Sequence record: SRR20825006_1228
Reading direction: 5' to 3' (one strand)
Length of the DNA stretch: 51,662 nucleotides
A program made the translations under genes and the position numbers. Shown here piece after piece: positions 45,477 to 51,662 of the stretch (position 1 is its first letter; each line of letters opens with the position of its first letter). A model generated the notes under the pieces. That model made no database searches, was not told where the DNA came from, and was given only the letters and a program-made list of their open reading frames with translations.

Positions 45477-46772
45477 TCAGACCAGCTTGGCCGCGCGGGC
45501 AGCGTCGCGGGCATAATAGCGTCCCGACAGGACCAGGAAGAGGATGCTCGCAGCATTCAGCAGGAGGATGATTTCCAGCGCCGATTTCAGCGGGGTCGTC
45601 GAACCTGCATCAGAGAACTGAACACTTAGCCAGCCAGCAAAGGTCGGGCCGCCGCCAATGCCAATCAGGGTCAGACAGAGCAGCATGAAGGCAGATGCGA
45701 AGGAGCGCATGCGCAAACCCACCAATTCTTGAGAGGCTGTATAGGCAACGCTGGCATAGATCAGGCCGACAAAGCTCGGCACCACGTTCCACGCATAGGC
45801 AAGACCGATGCTGTCTGCCTGAAGGAACAGCCACGCGAATGGCAGGGCAAGCGCGCCACAGGCTGCAATTGTCCACGGGCGCCAGGCCAGGTTCTTCGAA
45901 GACATGCGGTCACAGATCTTGCCGACGACGACTGCGCCGACCCCGCCGACGCCACCAATCAACAGGCCGAGTGGAATGGAGACATCCCCAGGGCCGACAT
46001 CGAAGGTGCGCTGGAGGTGGCTGGACGTGAAGACAAGGAAGGCGTTTGCCGAGACACAGATGAGGCAACAGCCCAACAACAACAACAAGAATGACGTTTG
46101 GCCTGAAATGAATTTCAGGGTTTCGCCAATCGATGGCGCTTCGCCATCATCGACGCGTTGTTCAATGGCACCGCGTTTCGGCTCTTTCAGTGTGAAGCGA
46201 ACCAGCAGGGCCAGGATGAGGCCGGGTATACCCGCGATAAAGAATGCCGCGCGCCAGCCGAACGCTTCATACACCAAACCGCCCAGTGCGAAACCGCCAA
46301 GGATGCCGAAGCCAATCCCCGTCGTGTAGATACCGAGCGCGGTGGCGCGTTCGTGAGGCGCGTAGAGATCAGAAATGATGGATGTGGCCGGCGGAGTACC
46401 GCCTGCTTCGCCCACACCAACACCCATGCGGGCGACCAGCAAGTGCCAGAAATTCTGAGCAAGGCCGGAGACCGCGGTCATGCCCGACCAGACGGCCAGT
46501 GAGAGAGAAATGATCGTGCGGCGATTGCCCCGGTCGGCCCACATTGCCATCGGAATGCCGAGCGTTGCGTAGAAAGCCGCGAAAGCGAGGCCTGTCAGCA
46601 AGCCGAGTTGAGCGTCGTCCAGTTTCAGGTCAGCCTTGATCGGCTCCAGCAGGATCACGAGGACCTGCCGGTCGATATGGTTGAATGTGTAGACCAGCGT
46701 AAGCAATGCCAGCACATAGGCGCGAGATGCATTACGGGACGTCGGAGAGGGTGGGGCCGCGAGATCGGTCAT
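45477..46772 (-). CDS. MFS transporter (spinster-like)
   Basis: NHIDRQ, WADRGNRR, RMGVGVGEAG, 12 TM pattern. Confidence 0.92.
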   Translation of the reverse strand: MTDLAAPPSPTSRNASRAYVLALLTLVYTFNHIDRQVLVILLEPIKADLKLDDAQLGLLTGLAFAAFYATLGIPMAMWADRGNRRTIISLSLAVWSGMTAVSGLAQNFWHLLVARMGVGVGEAGGTPPATSIISDLYAPHERATALGIYTTGIGFGILGGFALGGLVYEAFGWRAAFFIAGIPGLILALLVRFTLKEPKRGAIEQRVDDGEAPSIGETLKFISGQTSFLLLLLGCCLICVSANAFLVFTSSHLQRTFDVGPGDVSIPLGLLIGGVGGVGAVVVGKICDRMSSKNLAWRPWTIAACGALALPFAWLFLQADSIGLAYAWNVVPSFVGLIYASVAYTASQELVGLRMRSFASAFMLLCLTLIGIGGGPTFAGWLSVQFSDAGSTTPLKSALEIILLLNAASILFLVLSGRYYARDAARAAKLV

Positions 46773-46829
46773 GGCTGTCCTTCAGGCTACGCCGAAGCGG
46801 TTACCGGTATCTGCAAGGTTTGGAAGGGA

Positions 46830-46867
46830 CGGACCGGCGACCCACGGAGGTAAAGGTCGCCGGTCCG
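46830..46867 (-). terminator. 13-bp perfect hairpin between TonB receptor and MFS genes (terminator/attenuator or mRNA stabiliser)
   Basis: CGGACCGGCGACC-N12-GGTCGCCGGTCCG. Confidence 0.65.
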
Positions 46868-46876
46868 CTCAGTTGA

Positions 46877-49159
46877 CTAGAAGTCGACCGAGATTGAGGC
46901 GGTAAGCGTGCGCGGCGGGCCGTAGAAGGCCGAATACGCACTGTCGAAGCCAAGCTGGCTCGGCGTCACGAAGTTGTAGGCTGCGACGCGGTATTCCTCG
47001 TCCGTGAGGTTCCGGCCGTGGATACCGAAGCGCAGGCGCTCGGACGGCGATGTCCAGACGAAGCTGAGGTCCAGCAACGTATAGGAGTCCGGATCCAGCG
47101 CCGGACCCCCATTCGGGAACAGCACGTTCGTGCCCGGAGCGAAGCCTGGGTTCTCCACGTTGAAGAGATAATAGGCATCGCGATAGGAAGCCGATCCTGT
47201 GATCGAGATCGCACCGAATTCAGGTCCGAAGTCGCGCATGTAATTCAGCGAGAGCTGGCCCTGCAGTTCCGGTGTATTCTGCGTCACGAACTGGTCGGCG
47301 ATATTGGTGCCAGCGGACAGGATTTCCTGAATTTCGGCGTCGATATAGCCGAGGTTCCCCATCAGGGTGAACTCGTCATTGATGAACCAGCTGCCCTCAA
47401 GCTCTAGGCCGGTATATTCCGAGGAGCCCGCATTGAAGACCGACGACACAAACGTGTCGTTGACGCCGTCATTGTCGGAATCCGCGCCGCTCTGAACCGT
47501 GATCTGCTGGTCGGTATATTCAGCAAAGAAGACGGCTGTGTTCAGCAAAAGGCGATCATCAAAGAAGCTGCCTTTGATGCCGAGTTCATAGCTGTCGACC
47601 TTCTCCGGTCCGAAGCCTTCCTGTGAAAGCCCCAGCGTATCGAGGTCAGCACGGGCCCGCGGGTCGAAGCCGCCTGCCTTGAAGCCCTGAGCGTAGGTTG
47701 CGTAGATGTTCAGGTCGTCCGTTGGCTTGTAGGAAACCGAAATGCGCGGAGTGAACTCCTCGTCTTCCCGGTTCAGGCCTTCATAGCCGGTCTGGGTGAC
47801 GAAGAAGATCGAGCTGGTATTGGTCGGGTCGAACGAGCCGGAGCCCATGCCGAGCCACAGCTCACGCGTCACGTCTGCAGTGGTTTCATCCTTGGTGAAG
47901 CGACCACCGAGGGACACGCTCCACTGGTCAGTCACATCATAGGTGAAATCGCCGTAGACGGAGAAGTTTTCCTTGTCCTGCTTGCCAGCCTGATAGACCG
48001 TCAGGCCCAGCGCGCTGAGCAACAGGTCGAATGCGCCGTCGGCACTGCCATCAAGATAGTAGATGCCAGCAACGCCAGACAGGCGGTCGCCATTGTACAG
48101 CATCTGGAATTCCTGGCTGAACTGGTCGTCATTATAGTAAGCTGGGACATCGAAATCCTGACCGGGCAGGGCGTCGAAGTCGATCGGCGTAACTGTTGCG
48201 CCTTCACGATAGGCCGTGATCGATTTTAGCGTGATCTCGTTATTGACGTCCCACTCGCCGGTGAGGGAGTAGCCTTCGGTTTCGACAGAGTTGTCATCAC
48301 CGATACCGGCGCGGGTGTCATAAACATTATCCGTGACCGGCAGGGTGCCGTCGCCACTGGGGATCAGGCGATGGCCATGCTTGGCGTTGGAGTCGTCTTC
48401 AGATTTATCATAGGCAAAGCGGAAGAACAGCGAGTCGGTCGGTGCCCATTCGGCGCTTACGCGATAGGCGAGGACGTCTTTGTCGTAATGGTCTGCGCCG
48501 GTGAAGAGGTTCTCCCCGTAACCGTCGCGTTGGTAGTTGGCGATTGCGCCGCCGACCTTGAATGTGTCGCTGAGCGGTACCGAACCGGATACGATCGTGT
48601 CGAGCTGGCTGTAGGAGCCGACATTGACCTTGGCTTTCAGGTCCGGCTCGTCGTCCATCTTGGCGGTGACGTATTTAATCGCGCCGCCAATCGTGTTGCG
48701 GCCATAGAGCGTGCCTTGCGGTCCGCGCAGGACTTCGATCCGTTCGATGTCGAAAATGTCCAGGATCGCGCCTTGTGGGCGTGCAATATAGACATCATCA
48801 ACGTAGAGACCGACGCCGGGCTCGAAGCCCCAGAGCGGGTCCTGCTGGCCGACGCCGCGAATGAACGCGATCAGGGTGGAGTTGGAGCCGCGTGCCACTT
48901 CGATCGTTGCGTTCGGGGTCGAACGTTGGATGGACGTGATATCGACCGCGCCGGTGGCTTCCAGCTGGTCAGCGCTGAACGCAGAAACGGACAGCGGTAC
49001 ATCGATCAGGTCTTCTTCGCGGCGTTGGGCGGTAACCGTCACTCGGCCTAGCGTGCGGGCCTCTTCCGGGGCCTCATCATCCGCATCCTGCGCATGCGCA
49101 GCGTACTGGCCCGCGGTCAGCGCCAGCGCCGACACGAGACCGAATCTCAGCGTATTCAT
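46877..49159 (-). CDS. TonB-dependent receptor
   Basis: Signal peptide, TonB box VTVTAQRREE, IEVLRGPQGTLYGRN, GFKAGG, NLTD, terminal F. Confidence 0.95.
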   Translation of the reverse strand: MNTLRFGLVSALALTAGQYAAHAQDADDEAPEEARTLGRVTVTAQRREEDLIDVPLSVSAFSADQLEATGAVDITSIQRSTPNATIEVARGSNSTLIAFIRGVGQQDPLWGFEPGVGLYVDDVYIARPQGAILDIFDIERIEVLRGPQGTLYGRNTIGGAIKYVTAKMDDEPDLKAKVNVGSYSQLDTIVSGSVPLSDTFKVGGAIANYQRDGYGENLFTGADHYDKDVLAYRVSAEWAPTDSLFFRFAYDKSEDDSNAKHGHRLIPSGDGTLPVTDNVYDTRAGIGDDNSVETEGYSLTGEWDVNNEITLKSITAYREGATVTPIDFDALPGQDFDVPAYYNDDQFSQEFQMLYNGDRLSGVAGIYYLDGSADGAFDLLLSALGLTVYQAGKQDKENFSVYGDFTYDVTDQWSVSLGGRFTKDETTADVTRELWLGMGSGSFDPTNTSSIFFVTQTGYEGLNREDEEFTPRISVSYKPTDDLNIYATYAQGFKAGGFDPRARADLDTLGLSQEGFGPEKVDSYELGIKGSFFDDRLLLNTAVFFAEYTDQQITVQSGADSDNDGVNDTFVSSVFNAGSSEYTGLELEGSWFINDEFTLMGNLGYIDAEIQEILSAGTNIADQFVTQNTPELQGQLSLNYMRDFGPEFGAISITGSASYRDAYYLFNVENPGFAPGTNVLFPNGGPALDPDSYTLLDLSFVWTSPSERLRFGIHGRNLTDEEYRVAAYNFVTPSQLGFDSAYSAFYGPPRTLTASISVDF

Positions 49160-49281
49160 TTTGTGATTTCCCAATTTTTCCTCCCGAGGATTCTTTGTAT
49201 TTGACGGGATTTATCCAGAACATGCGCGCTTGGGCGATGACCTGAGGGCTCAACACAAGTGAACATTTTCGCTCAGGCGCG

Positions 49282-50340
49282 TCAGGCTTGAGCAGTTTCC
49301 ATGCTGGACCTGGCATAGACGGCAGGCGAAACACCGCGCATCTTCTTGAACGCTCGATTGAAGGCGCGCACATCGGAATAGCCAAGAAATTCCGCAACTT
49401 GGGTGACGCTTGTGCCTTGTGCCAGCATCAGGCCGGCCCGTTCGGCGCGGCTTTCCTGGAGGATGTCCCGGAAACTTGTGTGCTCTTCGCTCAGGCGGCG
49501 GCGCAAGGTTGCAACGCTCACGTCCAGATGGCGGGCGACAGCTTGCTGGGTTTCGTGTCCATCCGAGATCAGGTCGGCTGTGCGCACCGAATAGCTTCGC
49601 GAGTCGGAAGAGGGCGCGATGGCTTCAAGATGGCGGATGACGCGCGCGAAAATCCCGTCAGCGGTCAGATCGACTTCCGGGGTGGCGGGAATGGTCTCGC
49701 AGGCTATGTCGATATCATAGATCAGTTCATAGGCTGCATGACCGTAGCCGATGGGCACCTGCCAGAATTGCAGCTGGCCATTGCCGTCATCATTCCGGTT
49801 CCTGAGCAGGCTCACCCGTTTGAGCGCCCGGCCTGCGGCGCCGCCGGTCAGGCTGTCGAGCAGGGCATGAGTCTTGATCAGCAAGGCGTCGCCGACGAAA
49901 TGCGTCAACGCACGATCATCGCGAAAGCGATAGGGGAAAGTCGAATCATCCACCACCAGCGCCAGCATCGAGTCGGTCTGGCGGACATAGTTGTAGCGCC
50001 CGCCATGCATCATGTTGAAATGCGAAGCGAGGCTCCGGATTGCGTCTTGCAGGGTCGAGGCCGCCTGGATTTGCGTCACGACAAATGTGCCGGTCTGGTA
50101 GAGCAGCTTTCGTTCAGAAAGTTGCGCAGTCAGGTCGTCGAAGGACCGGGCGATCTCGCGTTGGATGCGATAATAGTCTACCAGATCAATCTGCGTGCCG
50201 GGTTGGCTTGTGCGTTTGCCCGGATCGATGCCCAGTCGATCCAGCAGGCCGTCAACGTCCACACCCGACGTTCCGGCCCATGACAGGATCGGTTCAATCT
50301 GGTGGAGTTCGAAACTCGCCCGGGTCAGTGACTGCGACAT
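49282..50340 (-). CDS. AraC-family transcriptional regulator
   Basis: C-terminal double HTH VARHLDVSVATLRRRL...VAEFLGYSDVRAFNRAFKK...GVSP. Confidence 0.9.
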   Translation of the reverse strand: MSQSLTRASFELHQIEPILSWAGTSGVDVDGLLDRLGIDPGKRTSQPGTQIDLVDYYRIQREIARSFDDLTAQLSERKLLYQTGTFVVTQIQAASTLQDAIRSLASHFNMMHGGRYNYVRQTDSMLALVVDDSTFPYRFRDDRALTHFVGDALLIKTHALLDSLTGGAAGRALKRVSLLRNRNDDGNGQLQFWQVPIGYGHAAYELIYDIDIACETIPATPEVDLTADGIFARVIRHLEAIAPSSDSRSYSVRTADLISDGHETQQAVARHLDVSVATLRRRLSEEHTSFRDILQESRAERAGLMLAQGTSVTQVAEFLGYSDVRAFNRAFKKMRGVSPAVYARSSMETAQA

Positions 50341-50423
50341 GCGGGTCTTATAGCAGGAATCTGTATCGAAAACGTATCCTGATTCAAAAGGATGTTTTCA
50401 AATATGGCGTTGCTGCAACAGGC

Positions 50424-50744
50424 CTAGCGGTAATAGGCGCACAGCGTGTCGACCAGCGCCCGGCCGATCCCGCCCGCGCAACGATAATAGATCGTCTGCG
50501 CATCCCTGCGGCTTTCAACCAGACCGGCCGCACGCAGCTTTGCCAGGTGCTGGGATACAGCGGAATGCGATTGGCCGGTCATGTCGGCCAGCTGATGAAC
50601 AGGGTGCTCGCCCTCATTCAGCGCGCACATGATCTTCAACCGCGTATCACTCGACATGGCCTTCAGCACTTCTGAGGCCTCGTGAATGCGCTCCGACATG
50701 AGGTCAAAGGCATCCTTCGTCTGGGGTTTGTGCTGGGCTTTCAT
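50424..50744 (-). CDS. ArsR/SmtB-family regulator, BigR/SqrR-like
   Basis: [29 protein letters not shown]-terminal LCAYY. Confidence 0.88.
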   Translation of the reverse strand: MKAQHKPQTKDAFDLMSERIHEASEVLKAMSSDTRLKIMCALNEGEHPVHQLADMTGQSHSAVSQHLAKLRAAGLVESRRDAQTIYYRCAGGIGRALVDTLCAYYR

Positions 50745-50789
50745 CAGGATGTGCTCGTAGTGATTGTTGCGGGCGGCGTATCAGCCAAT

Positions 50790-50805
50790 ATGCGAATATA
50801 AGCAT
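50790..50805. promoter_or_regulatory. Possible autoregulatory ArsR operator
   Basis: ATGC-N8-GCAT dyad 45 bp upstream of the arsR-type start. Confidence 0.45.
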
Positions 50806-50980
50806 TAAGATGGTGCGAAACAGGGTCGCGTCTGCAAGAGACGGGCGGGAATACGCTGAAAATGCCCGCATGACGGGGCATTTTGCTGAATTTCAAATCT
50901 TGCCGGAATCCGTGCAAACCTTTATGCGCCCCCTATATGCGTTTCGGCGGCGCAATGGACCGCCCTTTATTGGAGACTGC

Positions 50981-51199
50981 ATGTCGAAGGAAGAACTGAT
51001 TGAATTCGAAGGCACAGTCGTGGAACTGCTGCCGAACGCGACGTTCCGCGTTAAACTCGAGAACGACCACGAAATCATTGCCCACACGGCTGGCAAGATG
51101 CGCAAGAACCGCATCCGCGTGCTGACCGGGGACAAGGTCATGGTTGAGATGACCCCTTACGACCTGACCAAGGGTCGTATCACCTACCGCTTCAAATAA
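50981..51199 (+). CDS. infA: Translation initiation factor IF-1
   Basis: [24 protein letters not shown]...[11 protein letters not shown]...[20 protein letters not shown]. Confidence 0.98.
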   Translation: MSKEELIEFEGTVVELLPNATFRVKLENDHEIIAHTAGKMRKNRIRVLTGDKVMVEMTPYDLTKGRITYRFK

Positions 51200-51204
51200 G
51201 AGAT

Positions 51205-51662
51205 ATGGCGTCCTCAGGGCATGTTCCCCTGATCCTCGCCAGTGCGAGTCCCCGGCGGCGAGACCTGCTCGCCCAGATCGGGATTGTGCCGGACGCGATC
51301 TGCCCCACTGACATCGACGAATCCCGTCGCAAGGACGAATCTCCGCGTGCGCTGGCCGAAAGGCTGGCGCGGGAGAAGGCCATGGCCTGTCCGGAGGCTG
51401 GGTTTGTGCTGGCCGCGGATACCGTGGTTTCGCTGGGCCAGAGAAACCTCGAAAAAGCTGCCGATGCGGCAGAGGCCGAGGCCTTCCTGCGGCTTCTTTC
51501 AGGCCGGGCACACCAATGTCTTACCGGTATCGCCGTGAAAGCCCCCGATGGCCGCGTGAGCAGCCGTACCGTGCTTGCTCGGGTGAAGGTGAAGCGCCTG
51601 ACAGATCAGGAAATCGCTGCCTATATTGCCAGCGGCGAATGGCAGGGCAAGGCGGGCGGCTA
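51205..51662 (+). CDS. maf: Maf family nucleotide pyrophosphatase (partial, runs off the window)
   Basis: MASSGHVPLILASASPRRRDLLAQIG, LAREKA, LAADTVV, EWQGKAGG; typical infA-maf order. Confidence 0.93.
   Translation, partial: MASSGHVPLILASASPRRRDLLAQIGIVPDAICPTDIDESRRKDESPRALAERLAREKAMACPEAGFVLAADTVVSLGQRNLEKAADAAEAEAFLRLLSGRAHQCLTGIAVKAPDGRVSSRTVLARVKVKRLTDQEIAAYIASGEWQGKAGG

Noticed and set aside
49288-50283. 331-aa ORF antisense to the AraC gene
   Set aside because: Fully overlaps a convincing gene on the other strand; shadow ORF
50859-50884. AAAATGCCC/GGGCATTTT inverted repeat before infA
   Set aside because: Short hairpin between divergent genes with nothing obvious to terminate; function unsupported

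Overview
Chromosomal window from an alphaproteobacterium, most likely Hyphomonadaceae/Caulobacterales (inferred from gene content, the GTTC-N7-GTTC LexA box and protein style; not verified). Left to right: 5' end of an imuA-like SOS gene with a LexA box; an orphan PepSY-TM gene; pabB-pabA-pabC; ald; a TetR-controlled AcrAB-OprM-type RND pump. Next is a ~15 kb envelope module (11.7-26.8 kb): intradiol-dioxygenase-like protein, EF-hand lipoprotein, OmpR/histidine-kinase pair, a complete BamA outside its usual locus lying 39 bp behind an extremely acidic autotransporter, and a divergent MacAB-TolC. Then an enoyl-CoA hydratase; an EctR/CosR-type MarR regulator beside proB / proC-proA-putP with a CosR-like operator; an orphan GH67 alpha-glucuronidase; LysR-mmsA-(two small inserted ORFs)-ech-mmsB; opgG-opgH; an AraC-TonB receptor-MFS-hydrolase uptake module; a BigR/SqrR-like ArsR; infA and partial maf. 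Best candidates for an undescribed system are (1) the dedicated BamA paralogue/acidic autotransporter/EF-hand/two-component/MacAB module and (2) an EctR/CosR regulator apparently wired to proline instead of ectoine. No rRNA, tRNA, CRISPR array or transposase was seen. All family calls are from motif recognition, not database searches.
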